Source of the DNA: an uncultured Oscillospiraceae bacterium | GTDB lineage: Bacteria; Bacillota; Clostridia; Oscillospirales; Acutalibacteraceae | Assembly: GCA_900543525.1 (NCBI GenBank) | Contig: UQRS01000001.1 | Location: 1-63,610 of the forward strand | Reading direction: 5' to 3' | DNA length: 63,610 bases | In this document: piece after piece, positions 20,920 through 31,401 of the stretch | Position numbering within the stretch: position 1 is the first letter of the stretch | Layout of the letters: every line of letters begins with the position of its first letter | The notes under the pieces: model-generated | Databases searched by the model: none | Told to the model about the DNA's origin: nothing | The model's input: the letters and a program-made list of their open reading frames with translations, nothing else | Position numbers and translations under genes: made by a program

Positions 20920-22905
20920 TTGCAAAGGAATGCGAACACGCCGGAGGAACGGTTTCATAAAGGAGAGAATTCGCGGGCTTATGAATTTTTGGGCGCGCAT
21001 TTCCAAAAGCAGCATGGAAAGGAAGGCGTGATCTTCCGCGTCTGGGCGCCGAATGCAACGGCCGTCTCGGTTGTCGGGGACTTCAACGACTGGGCGCCGG
21101 CGGCCGATCCGATGCGGCGGATGACCGACGGCGGAATCTGGGAGTGCTTTGTTCCGGGTGTAGAGCAGTACGCCAATTATAAATATTATATCGTCTCGCG
21201 CGGGGGACAGGTATTTATGAAAAGCGATCCGTACGCCTTTCATGCCGAGACGGCGCCGGCCAACGCCTCCAAAGTATACGACCTGTCGGGCTACCGCTGG
21301 AAGGATGCCGCCTGGCAGAAGGAGCGGGCCGGCCGCAACATTTATGAAAGCCCGGTGAATATATATGAGCTGCACGCCGGCTCCTGGCGGCGGTATGAGG
21401 ACGGCAGCTGCTTCAATTATGTCAAGCTGGCGGAGGAGCTTGCCGCCTATGTGAAGGAGATGGGCTATACCCACATCGAACTGATGCCGATCTGCGAGCA
21501 TCCCTTCGACGGCTCCTGGGGGTATCAGGTGTCGGGCTATTTCGCGCCGACCTCCCGCTATGGGACGCCGCACGATTTTATGAAGTTTGTCGACATCCTG
21601 CACGGCGCCGGGATCGGCGTTATCCTTGACTGGGTGCCGGCGCATTTTCCGAAGGACGGCTTCGGCCTCTATCATTTTGACGGAGAGCCCTGCTATGAAT
21701 ACGCCGACCCGCGCAAGGGCGAGCATAAGGAGTGGGGAACCCAGGTCTTTGATTATGCCCGGCCGGAGGTGGTCAGCTTTCTGACCTCCAGCGCAATGTA
21801 CTGGTTCGATCTTTACCACATCGACGGCCTGCGGGTTGACGCGGTGGCCTCGATGCTTTATCTCGACTACAACCGCCGGGATGGGGAGTGGGTTCCCAAT
21901 ATCTACGGCGGGAAGGAGAATTTGGAGGCGGTCGATTTCCTCCGCCATGTGAATGAGGCGGTTTTTGCAGCCCATCCTTATGCCATGATGATCGCTGAGG
22001 AGTCTACCGCCTGGCCGCTGGTTTCCAAGCCGACCTATATGGGCGGACTGGGCTTCAATTTCAAGTGGAACATGGGCTGGATGAACGACATGCTGCGGTA
22101 TATGTCTCTCGACCCCATCCATCGCAAGTTCAACCACGACTCGCTGACCTTCTCCTTCTTCTACGCTTTTTCGGAGAATTACGTGCTTCCCATCTCGCAT
22201 GACGAGGTGGTGCACGGCAAATGCTCGATGATCAACAAAATGCCGGGCGAGTATGAGCAGAAGTTCGCCGGGCTGCGGACCTTCTATACCTATATGATGG
22301 CCCACCCGGGCAAAAAACTGCTCTTCATGGGGCAGGAGTTCGCCCAGTTCATCGAGTGGAATTATGAGCAGGAGCTGGACTGGCTTCTGCTGGGGTATGA
22401 GCGCCACCGTCAGATGCAGGATTTTGTCAAGGCGCTGAACCGCTTCTACCGGGAGACCCCCGCCTTGTGGGAGGTGGACTACTCCTGGGAGGGATTTTCC
22501 TGGATCGCCAACGACGACAACGCCCAGAGTGTGATTGCCTTCCGCCGGATGGACAAATCCGGGAAGGAGATTATCTGTGTATGCAACTTTGTCCCCGTCA
22601 CGCGGGAGAATTATCGGATCGGCGTGCCGGCCACCGGCAGCTATAAGCTGGTCTTTAACTCGGATGACAAGGCCTTTGGCGGCGACGGCCTGCTGACGAA
22701 AAAGAGCTTCCGGGCGGAGAAAACGCCGATGCACGGCCTTGACCGGTCGATCTCCCTGACCTTGCCGGCCATGTCGGTGCAGTATTATATAAATGTGCCG
22801 CCGGCCAGAACCGCCTCTAAAAAAGCGGAGGCGGCAAAATCGGACGCACCGACCAAAAAGCCGGCGAGGAGAAAAAACGGCAGCGCCGCAGAGAAGCGGG
22901 ACTGA
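20920..22905 (+). CDS. glgB: 1,4-alpha-glucan branching enzyme
   Basis: GH13 motifs GVILDWVPAHF, GLRVDAVASMLY, AEESTAWP. TTG start 7 nt after GGAAAGGAAG. Confidence 0.95.
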   Translation: MQRNANTPEERFHKGENSRAYEFLGAHFQKQHGKEGVIFRVWAPNATAVSVVGDFNDWAPAADPMRRMTDGGIWECFVPGVEQYANYKYYIVSRGGQVFMKSDPYAFHAETAPANASKVYDLSGYRWKDAAWQKERAGRNIYESPVNIYELHAGSWRRYEDGSCFNYVKLAEELAAYVKEMGYTHIELMPICEHPFDGSWGYQVSGYFAPTSRYGTPHDFMKFVDILHGAGIGVILDWVPAHFPKDGFGLYHFDGEPCYEYADPRKGEHKEWGTQVFDYARPEVVSFLTSSAMYWFDLYHIDGLRVDAVASMLYLDYNRRDGEWVPNIYGGKENLEAVDFLRHVNEAVFAAHPYAMMIAEESTAWPLVSKPTYMGGLGFNFKWNMGWMNDMLRYMSLDPIHRKFNHDSLTFSFFYAFSENYVLPISHDEVVHGKCSMINKMPGEYEQKFAGLRTFYTYMMAHPGKKLLFMGQEFAQFIEWNYEQELDWLLLGYERHRQMQDFVKALNRFYRETPALWEVDYSWEGFSWIANDDNAQSVIAFRRMDKSGKEIICVCNFVPVTRENYRIGVPATGSYKLVFNSDDKAFGGDGLLTKKSFRAEKTPMHGLDRSISLTLPAMSVQYYINVPPARTASKKAEAAKSDAPTKKPARRKNGSAAEKRD

Positions 22906-23126
22906 ACCCGCTGCCTCCCATCACCGGAGGGCGCGGGCTTCGGATGAAGAAAAAATTTTTTTAAAAAACTTTCCTCTGTCACAAAATCCGGCAAAAACCC
23001 GCATGGCTTATCCTGTATGCTGGATATCTGCGATCCAAAATGACGCCCCCTTTTTAAAAGGACGGGCGGTTCGGATAAAATCCAAAATCAGCGGCAGCCC
23101 TTTTGCCGCTTCAAGGAGTGACCAAT

Positions 23127-24341
23127 TTGAAAAAGACCGAGTGTGTGGCGATGCTGCTGGCCGGCGGCCAGGGGAGCCGTCTGTATGTGCTGACCCAGAA
23201 CATCGCCAAGCCCGCCGTCCCTTATGGCGGGAAATACAGAATTATTGATTTTCCCCTTTCCAATTGCGTCAATTCCGGCATTGATACGGTCGGCGTTCTG
23301 ACCCAGTATCAGCCGCTCGAGCTGAACGACTATATCGGCTCGGGCAAGCCGTGGGATCTCGACCGGCTGGAGGGCGGGGTACATATTCTTCCGCCATATC
23401 AGCGGGCGCGGGGCGCCGACTGGTACAAGGGGACGGCCAACGCCATCTATCAGAATATCAATTTTATCGAACGGTATAATCCGGAGTATGTTCTGATCCT
23501 TTCGGGCGATCATATTTACAAGATGAACTATGCCAAGATGATCACCCATCACAAGGAGCAGAATGCCGACTGCACCATCGCCGTGCTGGAGGTCCCGATG
23601 GAGGAGGCCTCCCGTTTCGGAATCATGAACGCGGATGAAAACGGCGTGATTTACGAGTTTGAGGAGAAGCCAAAAAAGCCCAAGAGCAATCTGGCCTCCA
23701 TGGGCATTTATGTTTTCAAGTGGGATAAGCTGCGGCACTACCTCGAGCAGGATGAGCAGACCAAGGGCTCGGCCAACGACTTCGGTAAGAACATCATTCC
23801 CACCATGCTTGCCGAGGGGCAAAGGATGGTCGTCTATCCCTTCAACGATTACTGGAAGGACGTCGGCACCATCGACTCGCTGTGGGAGGCCAACCTCGAC
23901 CTCTTAAACCCGAATGTCGAGCTGGACCTGTCCGACCCCTCCTGGCGGATATTTTCCCGCACGCCGGCCGCCCCGCCGCAGTATATCGCCCCCTGTGCCA
24001 ATGTGCAGAACTCTCTGGTGACCGAGGGGTGCGAGATTTACGGCACGGTGGATTTTTCGGTTCTCTTCGCCAATGTGCAGGTGGAGGAGGGGGCGCAGGT
24101 GCGCGACTCGATCATCATGCCAGGGGCAAAAATCTGCAGCGGCGCCAGCGTGCAGTATGCCATCATTGCCGAGAACACGGTGATTGGGTCCGACGCCAAG
24201 GTGGGTGAGCGGCCGGAGAACATGGAAGATAAGGACGCTTGGGGCGTCGCGGTGGTCGGCGCGGGACTGACGGTCGGCAAAAAAGCCGTCGTGCCGCCGA
24301 AGGCCATGATTTCCGAGGATGTCAAGGGGGGCAGGAAATAA
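23127..24341 (+). CDS. glgC: Glucose-1-phosphate adenylyltransferase
   Basis: [19 protein letters not shown]..., [22 protein letters not shown] at 23127 lies 8 nt after AAGGAG; the track start 23103 is upstream in frame. Confidence 0.93.
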   Translation: MKKTECVAMLLAGGQGSRLYVLTQNIAKPAVPYGGKYRIIDFPLSNCVNSGIDTVGVLTQYQPLELNDYIGSGKPWDLDRLEGGVHILPPYQRARGADWYKGTANAIYQNINFIERYNPEYVLILSGDHIYKMNYAKMITHHKEQNADCTIAVLEVPMEEASRFGIMNADENGVIYEFEEKPKKPKSNLASMGIYVFKWDKLRHYLEQDEQTKGSANDFGKNIIPTMLAEGQRMVVYPFNDYWKDVGTIDSLWEANLDLLNPNVELDLSDPSWRIFSRTPAAPPQYIAPCANVQNSLVTEGCEIYGTVDFSVLFANVQVEEGAQVRDSIIMPGAKICSGASVQYAIIAENTVIGSDAKVGERPENMEDKDAWGVAVVGAGLTVGKKAVVPPKAMISEDVKGGRK

Positions 24342-25456
24342 TGAGAGCAAACGAAGTTATGAGCATCATCTTCTCCAACGTGCATGACGAGATGATGATG
24401 GAGCTGACCGAAAAACGGTCGATGGGCTCGGTGCCCTTCGGCGGGCGGTATCGCGCCATTGATTTTCCCCTCTCCAACCTGGTCAACGCCGGCATCCGCC
24501 GGGTGGGAATCATCACTAAGGCCAACTATCATTCCCTGATGGATCATCTCGGCGCGGGGAAGGCATGGGATCTCGACCGGAAGAAGGGCGGCCTCTTCAT
24601 TATTCCGCCCTACAGCATTGGCAACGGAGTCTATGCCGGAAAGGTCGATGCCCTGATGGGCATCATCACTTTTTTAAAATCCTGCTCGGAGAAATATGTC
24701 GTCCTGTATGACAGCGACGTGATCTGCAATATTGATATCGAGCCGCTGGTCGACGCGCATATCAAAACCGGCGCCGATGTGACGGTCGCCTATAAGCACG
24801 GGCCGCTTCCCAAAAATCCGCGCGACCTGATGTATTTTGAGATCAATTCCCATCGCCGGATCACCGACATCTGCTTCTCGAGTGAGGCGGGGAAGGTCTG
24901 CAACTTCTCGCTGGATATTATGGTGATCGACCGGCAAAAGCTGATTGATCTGATCGAGTTTGCCTCCATCCACAACTACACCGACCTGTCGGTAGAGGTT
25001 TTCCAGCATCATCTGGACAATCTGCGTATGTACGCCTATCGTGTGGAGGAGTACGTCGTCGTCATGGACGGCATCAACTCGTATTATGAGTCCAACATGG
25101 CCCTTTTGCAGAAGAACATACGGGATCAGATTTTTACAAGAGAGCGGCCGGTCTATACCAAAACGCGCGACGACATGCCGGCCAAGTACGGCCTCGGCGC
25201 GACGGCCACCAACTCCATCATTGCCGACGGCTCGGTGATTGAGGGCACGGTGGAGAACAGCATCATCTTCCGCGGCGTGGTGATCGGCAAAAACGCCGTG
25301 GTCAAAAACTGCATTCTGATGCAGGACACGGTTGTAAACGAGGGGGCGGCGCTCAGCTACATCATCACCGACAAGAACGTCACCATCTCCAAGGGGCGCT
25401 GCCTGACCGGAAGTGAGAATTATCCGATGGTGATCCGAAAGGGTACCACGGTGTAA
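24341..25456 (+). CDS. glgD: Glucose-1-phosphate adenylyltransferase regulatory subunit GlgD
   Basis: ATG overlaps the glgC stop (TAATG). SVPFGGRYRAIDFPLSNLVNAGI without the catalytic GGxGxRL loop. Confidence 0.9.
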   Translation: MRANEVMSIIFSNVHDEMMMELTEKRSMGSVPFGGRYRAIDFPLSNLVNAGIRRVGIITKANYHSLMDHLGAGKAWDLDRKKGGLFIIPPYSIGNGVYAGKVDALMGIITFLKSCSEKYVVLYDSDVICNIDIEPLVDAHIKTGADVTVAYKHGPLPKNPRDLMYFEINSHRRITDICFSSEAGKVCNFSLDIMVIDRQKLIDLIEFASIHNYTDLSVEVFQHHLDNLRMYAYRVEEYVVVMDGINSYYESNMALLQKNIRDQIFTRERPVYTKTRDDMPAKYGLGATATNSIIADGSVIEGTVENSIIFRGVVIGKNAVVKNCILMQDTVVNEGAALSYIITDKNVTISKGRCLTGSENYPMVIRKGTTV

Positions 25457-25489
25457 GCGAAAAAATGTAGAAAGAAAGAGGGAATCTCC

Positions 25490-26911
25490 ATGAAGGTTTT
25501 GTTTGCCGCGAGCGAGGCCTATCCCTTCGCCCAGTCGGGCGGCCTGGCCGATGTTGCGGGCGCGCTGCCAAAGGCGCTGCGCCGCCGCCTGATCGGCGCG
25601 CGGGTGGTTTTGCCGCTGTATGAATGCGTACCGCAGGAGCTGCGGGAGAATATGCGCTTTATCACCAGCCTGACCGTGCCGGTGGCCTGGCGCCGTCAGT
25701 ACTGCGGCGTGTTTGAGGCCAAATGGGGCGGCGTGATCTACTATCTGCTGGACAATCAGTATTACTTTAAGCGCGGCGGCCTCTACGGCTATTACGACGA
25801 TGCCGAGCGTTTCGCATTTTTCTCCCGCGCCGTGCTGGAGATTATTCCCCATATTGATTTCAAGCCGGATATCATCCATTGCAACGACTGGCAGACGGCC
25901 ATGACGCCGGTCTACTACAAGGTGATGTACAAGGATGCCCCGGGCTATGAGCATATCAAAACCGTTTTTACCATCCATAATATTCAGTATCAGGGCAAGT
26001 ACGGGCAGGAACTGATCAGCGATGTCCTCGGTTTGCCGGACTATGCGCGGGATGTGGTCGACTACGACGGCTGCGTAAATCTAATGAAGGGCGCAATCGA
26101 GTGCGCCGACTGGATTACGACGGTCAGCCCGACCTACGCCAGGGAGATTATGGATCCCTGGTTCGCCCACGGCCTCGATACCGAGCTGCGGTTCCATCAG
26201 GGCAAGCTGTCGGGCATCGTCAACGGGATAGATACCGATGTGTACGATCCCGCGGCCGACCCGCTGATTTTTAAGAACTATACGACCGAGAGCTTTACTG
26301 CCGGCAAGGCGGAGAATAAGCGCGCCTTGCAGGAACGGCTGGGTCTGCCGCAGCGGGAGGATGTGCCGCTGATCGCGCTGGTTTCCCGTATGGTGTCGCA
26401 CAAGGGTCTGGATCTGATCAAATACTGCTTTGAGGAGCTGGTCAGCGGCGAGGTGCAGTATGTGATCCTGGGCTCGGGCGACGTGGAGTATGAAAACTTC
26501 TTCCGGGAGATGGCGGCGCGCTATCCCGAAAAGGTCGCCCTGACTCTCGGGTTCCAGCCCGAGCTGGCGCATAAAATTTATGCGGCGGCGGATATTTTCC
26601 TGATGCCGTCCAAGAGTGAGCCCTGCGGCCTCGCCCAGATGGTGGCGCTGCGGTACGGCACCATCCCTGTCGTGCGGGAGACAGGCGGGCTGGCCGACAC
26701 CATCCGCGACAGCGGAGACGGAGAGGGCAACGGCTTCACCTTCAAAACCTACAATGCCGGGGATATGTCCGGCGCGGTCTGGCGCGCGGTGGAGGGATAC
26801 TATAACCGCGAGGGCTGGCCGGTGCTGGTTGCCAGAGCCATGCGCTGCGACAACAGCTGGGCGCACTCGGCGAACGAGTATATCCGGCTGTACAAGGGTC
26901 TGACGAAATAG
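25490..26911 (+). CDS. glgA: Glycogen synthase (ADP-glucose type)
   Basis: MKVLFAASEAYPFAQSGGLADV and SEPCGLAQM motifs. Confidence 0.95.
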   Translation: MKVLFAASEAYPFAQSGGLADVAGALPKALRRRLIGARVVLPLYECVPQELRENMRFITSLTVPVAWRRQYCGVFEAKWGGVIYYLLDNQYYFKRGGLYGYYDDAERFAFFSRAVLEIIPHIDFKPDIIHCNDWQTAMTPVYYKVMYKDAPGYEHIKTVFTIHNIQYQGKYGQELISDVLGLPDYARDVVDYDGCVNLMKGAIECADWITTVSPTYAREIMDPWFAHGLDTELRFHQGKLSGIVNGIDTDVYDPAADPLIFKNYTTESFTAGKAENKRALQERLGLPQREDVPLIALVSRMVSHKGLDLIKYCFEELVSGEVQYVILGSGDVEYENFFREMAARYPEKVALTLGFQPELAHKIYAAADIFLMPSKSEPCGLAQMVALRYGTIPVVRETGGLADTIRDSGDGEGNGFTFKTYNAGDMSGAVWRAVEGYYNREGWPVLVARAMRCDNSWAHSANEYIRLYKGLTK

Positions 26912-27107
26912 GGAAGGGCGATCCGTCTCCTTTGGATTCGGCCTCCGGCCGCGCGGCCGCCTTTTAGGTGGAACGGAGCGGGAGCGCCTTTTTCCTGCCC
27001 GGTTTTCCTTAAAAACGGCAGGCTGGTTCTTGCCGCCATGAAGCCCGGATGCCGTGTTGCAGTGCGGCGAGGGACTTCGTATAACCCCACTTTTACTGCG
27101 GAACAAT

Positions 27108-27152
27108 AAAAAAGGACGGCCATCTGCATTTTGGCGGCGGCCGTCCTTTTTA
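27108..27152. terminator. Bidirectional intrinsic terminator
   Basis: AAAAAAGGACGGCC ... GGCCGTCCTTTTT: 9-bp GC stem flanked by an A-run and a T-run. Confidence 0.75.
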
Positions 27153-27394
27153 TATGTACTTTAAAGCTTTTAAGCCCCCGTTCCCACCCTCGCAAAACGG
27201 CAGTCCATGCCCGGTTATAACAGTACGATATGACGATACGCGTCTGCGCTGTCGGAGCATAACGATGACGAGGGATCGAACCTCTACACCGGCTCTTCGA
27301 TGCAATCCTATAAGCAGAGGAGACACTTTGCGTATTCCGCGCCGCATTTCCCTGCCGTTTGGCATGACCCCTGCGCTTTGCTACCGGCTGTGCG

Positions 27395-27850
27395 TTATTC
27401 AATCAGCTCGGTGCTCCAGTTGGTCTCCTGCAGTTTGTTGTCCAGCAGGCGAACCTCCTTCGAGGCATTGTCAATCTCGGCCTGCCAGTCGGCGACTGAA
27501 ATGGTCGGCTTTATCTTGATTTCCGCGTTCCGCGCGCGGTAGGATGTCTGACTTCCGGCCTGAACAACATCCTTATAGAACCGGATCTTCAGCAAGAGGG
27601 CGTCCTTCTTCGCGATCAGCTCGGTCAGCGTCTGCCCGTCCACGCTGGTTTTGCAGTTCGTCTCATTGATATGCGTGATCAGATAGGACAGCCGCTCGAT
27701 GGAGGCGTCCAGCTCTCATTTTAATTTTTTCGGCTCCTCGGCCGGTTTTTCCCCTTCCTGTACCAGCACATTGTTGAGCAGGCGGACATTCAGCTGCTCC
27801 AGGTTCCGGTTGAGATCTGCCCTCTCCTGCAGGGCTTCGGCGAGTTTCAT
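27395..27850 (-). pseudogene. DIP1984-family protein gene interrupted by one in-frame TGA (codon 45, at 27716-27718)
   Basis: My own translation from ATG 27850: MKLAEALQERADLNRNLEQLNVRLLNNVLVQEGEKPAEEPKKLK-TGA-ELDASIERLSYLITHINETNCKTSVDGQTLTELIAKKDALLLK...NWSTELIE. Both halves are in the same frame (27850-27643 = 207 nt). Confidence 0.7.
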
Positions 27851-27960
27851 ACTGCAGTCCTCCAATCTTCTCCAAAAATGGTTTTGTTCAGGGTGCGTTT
27901 TGTACGGTTCGGGAGGTTTTTCCCCGGATTCCGGTGGAGCACCACCTCTATTTTGTGTAT

Positions 27961-27989
27961 AGTATAACGCAGATTTCCTGCGGTGTCCA
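27961..27989 (-). promoter_or_regulatory. Candidate sigma-A promoter for the DIP1984-family gene
   Basis: Minus strand TGGACA - 17 nt - TATACT. Confidence 0.45.
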
Positions 27990-28036
27990 CCTTCTTTTTG
28001 CCGGAGGGAAGTGGGCGCCCGGCCTTTGCCCGGCTT

Positions 28037-29131
28037 TCAGATCAGCTCGGCCAAAATCGCGTTGGAGACCAGAAATCCCTGCGGCGTCAGGGAAAATCCC
28101 TCCTCCCACAGGCGGAGGTAGCCCCCATCGGCCAGACGGACAAGCTTTTTGCGCAGCCCGTCGGGGAAGGGATGGCCGAAGCGGGCGGCATAGTCGGCGA
28201 ACCGAATCCCCTCGGTCAGCCGCAGGCGGAGCAGGATGTATTCCTCCTCCCCGCCGCCGTCGCCGTCCGCAACCGGCGGCTTTCCGGCCATATAGGCGGC
28301 AAGGTCGCGGGGGAAATAAAACCGTCGCCGATCAACCAGCGAGTGGGCGGCCGGCCCCAGCCCGAGATAATCCTCCCCCCGCCAGTATTTGAGGTTGTGC
28401 CGGCTTGCCCGCCCCTCTTTTGCAAAGTTGGAAATTTCATATTGCGCAAACCCGCGCTGCGCCAGCGCCTCCACACAGGAGAGGTAGAGGCCGGCCGCCT
28501 GATCGCCGTCGGGAAGGCCCTCCGGCGTATGCTTTGCGAAGGGGGTTCCCGGCTCGATCTTCAGCAGATAGGCCGAAATGTGCGACGGCTCCATCCCGCA
28601 GAGGAAGTCGATCGACCGCAGCATGGAGTCGGCCGTCTGCCCCGGAATGCCGAGCATCAGGTCGAGGGAGAGGTTCTTGATCCCTGCCTTTTTCGCCGCC
28701 TCCACCGTGCGGAGGACATCGGCGTTTTTGTGTCGACGGGAAAGCGCGGCAAGCTCGGCTTCGACCCCGCTCTGCACGCCGAGGGAGAGGCGGTTCACCC
28801 CGGCCGCGGCGGCACGGCGCAGCGTCTCACGCAGATCGTCGGCCGGGTTGGCCTCCAGCGTGATCTCCCGCATGGCGTCCCCGAAGGCGGCGCGGGCGGC
28901 GCGCACCAGCCGGGCGATCCGCTCTCCGCCAAGCAGGGAAGGGGTGCCGCCGCCGATGTAGAGGGTGTCGGCCGGCCGTCCGAGCCGCGCGCCCCAGTCC
29001 TGTAAATCCCTGCAAAGCCGGTCGGTATAAAGCTCCATCTGCCCCTCCCTTGCCGGGAAGGAGTAAAAATCGCAGTAGGCGCATTTGGATCTGCAAAACG
29101 GAATATGAAGATAAATGCCGATTGGCTGCAT
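28037..29131 (-). CDS. hemW: Radical SAM heme chaperone HemW (oxygen-independent coproporphyrinogen-III oxidase-like)
   Basis: MQPIGIYLHIPFCRSKCAYCDFYS gives the CxxxCxxC cluster. Start set at ATG 29131. Confidence 0.85.
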   Translation of the reverse strand: MQPIGIYLHIPFCRSKCAYCDFYSFPAREGQMELYTDRLCRDLQDWGARLGRPADTLYIGGGTPSLLGGERIARLVRAARAAFGDAMREITLEANPADDLRETLRRAAAAGVNRLSLGVQSGVEAELAALSRRHKNADVLRTVEAAKKAGIKNLSLDLMLGIPGQTADSMLRSIDFLCGMEPSHISAYLLKIEPGTPFAKHTPEGLPDGDQAAGLYLSCVEALAQRGFAQYEISNFAKEGRASRHNLKYWRGEDYLGLGPAAHSLVDRRRFYFPRDLAAYMAGKPPVADGDGGGEEEYILLRLRLTEGIRFADYAARFGHPFPDGLRKKLVRLADGGYLRLWEEGFSLTPQGFLVSNAILAELI

Positions 29132-29359
29132 GCCTTGTCCCTCTCTTGTCAAAAATAAAAAAGTGGTGTATAATATATCTTCCATGAAAGGCGTCGGGGA
29201 GACGGCTGCTTGTGCCGTGCGTGCACGCCGCTCCTTCGCTGCCTTAAAATCAGTATACTACAGTTTTCCCCGGATTGCAAAGTGCCGCTGTATGGGGCGG
29301 CCGGCCGGATGCCGGATTTTCAGATTGCCGGATGCCGGGCGATCGGTCACCCGGATGAT

Positions 29360-29395
29360 CGGACGAGCGGACGAGCGGACAAGCGGACGAGCGGG
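29360..29395. repeat. Octanucleotide tandem repeat (CGGACGAG x4, third unit CGGACAAG)
   Basis: cggacgag cggacgag cggacaag cggacgag cggg, read directly, in the hemW / lipoprotein divergent intergenic region. Confidence 0.85.
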
Positions 29396-29468
29396 TGTTT
29401 TTCGGCAGAGTGCAAAACGCGCCCGGCAGGGAAGGTTTTCGCCGCCGGGGGAGAAGGAGAGGATCATT

Positions 29469-30116
29469 ATGGGTTATAAAGTATTGGCGGCACTGCTCAG
29501 CCTTCTGCTGGCGGCGTCGCTGGTCACTCTGGCCGGATGTGCGGCCAGCGACGGCGAAGAGGCGGGAGAGTCCGATACGGGAAAGATCGAGCTTCCGGCC
29601 TGGCCGGACGCGGACGTGAGCGTGGTCTCTGCGCCCGAGCTGCCGGCCTCCTCCGCCGAAAGCGCGGCGCCGTCGGTCACATCGGGCAGCGCACCGGCTG
29701 TGACCAGCGACCGGCCGACGACCAGCAACTATACCGAATTTACCGAAAATTCGACCAACGCGCCGGATATCTCCAACATCACGGTCTGCACCTCCCAGAG
29801 CTACTACTCCACCTCCGACCGGGAGATCACGGTGGAGATTTCCAATCGCACCGGGTGGGAGATCGGCTATAAGCAGCTTTTTGTGATTGAAAAATGGGAC
29901 GGAGAAAACTGGATCCCGATGCCGACGGTGGAAAACCCGGACTATGGGAAAGAGGCCTACATCCTCGGCACCGGTCGGGACAGCTATATTACCTTTGACC
30001 TGGATCTTCTCGCCTCCCGGCTGGAGGTCGGGAAATACCGCGTCGGCTTGCCGGAGATGCTCTGCAACGGGCATGCCGGACTCTTTACACTCTATGCGGA
30101 ATTTTCCGTAAAATAA
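29469..30116 (+). CDS. Putative lipoprotein (215 aa)
   Basis: GGAGAAGGAGAGG RBS. MGYKVLAALLSLLLAASLVTLAGC signal peptide with lipobox, then a Ser/Ala/Pro-rich linker. The track ORF start 29115 runs through the repeat-filled promoter region. Confidence 0.7.
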   Translation: MGYKVLAALLSLLLAASLVTLAGCAASDGEEAGESDTGKIELPAWPDADVSVVSAPELPASSAESAAPSVTSGSAPAVTSDRPTTSNYTEFTENSTNAPDISNITVCTSQSYYSTSDREITVEISNRTGWEIGYKQLFVIEKWDGENWIPMPTVENPDYGKEAYILGTGRDSYITFDLDLLASRLEVGKYRVGLPEMLCNGHAGLFTLYAEFSVK

Positions 30117-30186
30117 GCCGGAACGAAGGGGAAGACTTTCTTTTGAAACGACGGTAAAAAAATCTGAAAATAACGGAGGCAGCGCA

Positions 30187-31344
30187 ATGCGAAAAATCAA
30201 CGATTCTATTCTATACATCGGCGTAAACGATCATGAGATCGACTTGTTTGAAGGGCAGTACACCGTGCCGAACGGCATGGCCTATAACTCCTACCTGCTG
30301 CTGGATGAAAGGGTCGCCGTCATGGATACGGTCGATCAGTCCAAGACACAGGAGTGGCTGCAAAATCTCGACCGGGCGCTGGACGGCAGGACGCCCGACT
30401 ACCTGATTGTGCAGCATATGGAGCCGGATCATTCGGCTTCGATCGACGCTTTCGTCGATCGGTATCCGGAGGCGGCCGTAGTGGGCAACGCCAAGACTTT
30501 TTCGATGATCGGGCAGTTTTTCCCCGATCTGACCCTTAAAAATACGGTTACGGTAAAGGACGGAGAGCGCCTCTCTCTCGGCCGGCAGGAGTTGACCTTT
30601 GTCTTTGCGCCGATGGTGCATTGGCCGGAGGTTATGATGACCTACAACGCGGCTGAAAAAACGCTCTTTTCGGCCGACGGCTTCGGAAAATTCGGCGCGC
30701 TGGATGTGGAGGAGGACTGGGCCTGCGAGGCCAGGCGCTACTACTTTGGCATTGTCGGAAAATACGGCGCGCAGGTGCAGGCGGTGCTGAAGAAGGCCGC
30801 GGCGCTGGACATCGCGCGCATTTGTCCGCTGCACGGCCCCGTGCTGGAGGAGAATCTCGGCTATTATCTGAATCTTTATGACATCTGGTCCTCCTACCGG
30901 GCGGAGAGCGAGGGGGTCTGCATCTGCTGCACCTCCATTTATGGGCATACGATGGACGCCGCTGTGCTGCTGCGCGATACGCTGGTGCAAAAGGGGATCA
31001 AGGCGGAGCTGCACGATCTGGCCCGCTGCGATATGCATGAGGCGATCGAGGACGCCTTCTGCTATGATCGGCTGGTGCTGGCAAGCCCGACCTATAACGC
31101 GGGGCTTTTCCCGTTTATGGAAACCTTCATTCATCATCTGACCGAGCGGAATTTTCAGAACCGCACGGTCGGCCTGATCGAGAATGGCAGCTGGGCACCC
31201 ACGGCCATCAAAGGGATGAAGGCCGCGCTGGAGAAGGCGAAGAACCTCACCTTTGCGGAAAATACGGTAACCGTCCGCTCCGCCCTGAATGCGGAGAGCC
31301 GCGCGCAAATCCTCGCCCTTGCGGAGGAGCTGGCCGCAAAATAA
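30187..31344 (+). CDS. FprA-family A-type flavoprotein (flavodiiron protein)
   Basis: Metallo-beta-lactamase-like domain with the HMEPDH diiron motif, followed by a flavodoxin-like C-terminal domain. Confidence 0.85.
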   Translation: MRKINDSILYIGVNDHEIDLFEGQYTVPNGMAYNSYLLLDERVAVMDTVDQSKTQEWLQNLDRALDGRTPDYLIVQHMEPDHSASIDAFVDRYPEAAVVGNAKTFSMIGQFFPDLTLKNTVTVKDGERLSLGRQELTFVFAPMVHWPEVMMTYNAAEKTLFSADGFGKFGALDVEEDWACEARRYYFGIVGKYGAQVQAVLKKAAALDIARICPLHGPVLEENLGYYLNLYDIWSSYRAESEGVCICCTSIYGHTMDAAVLLRDTLVQKGIKAELHDLARCDMHEAIEDAFCYDRLVLASPTYNAGLFPFMETFIHHLTERNFQNRTVGLIENGSWAPTAIKGMKAALEKAKNLTFAENTVTVRSALNAESRAQILALAEELAAK

Positions 31345-31401
31345 AGGCGCGGCCGGCCTTTGAAGGGCGGCGGCTTATGAAAAAACTCTGCACCGGCCGT
31401 T

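Noticed and set aside
27153-27394. tRNA-like T-arm (minus strand GAGGTTCGATCCCTCGTCATCGTTA, about 27255-27280) in the 240-nt spacer downstream of the DIP1984-family gene.
   Set aside because: There is no complementary 5' acceptor strand (ACGATGA), no D-arm or anticodon arm, no CCA, and the T-stem has a mismatch. At best it is a tRNA 3' fragment or att scar, so it is not reported as a tRNA. tRNAscan-SE or ARAGORN would settle it.
29360-29395. Tandem repeats considered as a possible CRISPR array (also 46835-46876).
   Set aside because: The units are 8 and 19 bp, directly abutting with no spacers, and there are no cas genes. These are microsatellite-type duplications.
29115-29468. N-terminal extension of the lipoprotein ORF (333-aa version in the track).
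   Set aside because: The extension is Arg/Cys-rich, runs through the repeat-laden divergent promoter region and overlaps the hemW start. A strong RBS and a signal peptide begin at 29469.
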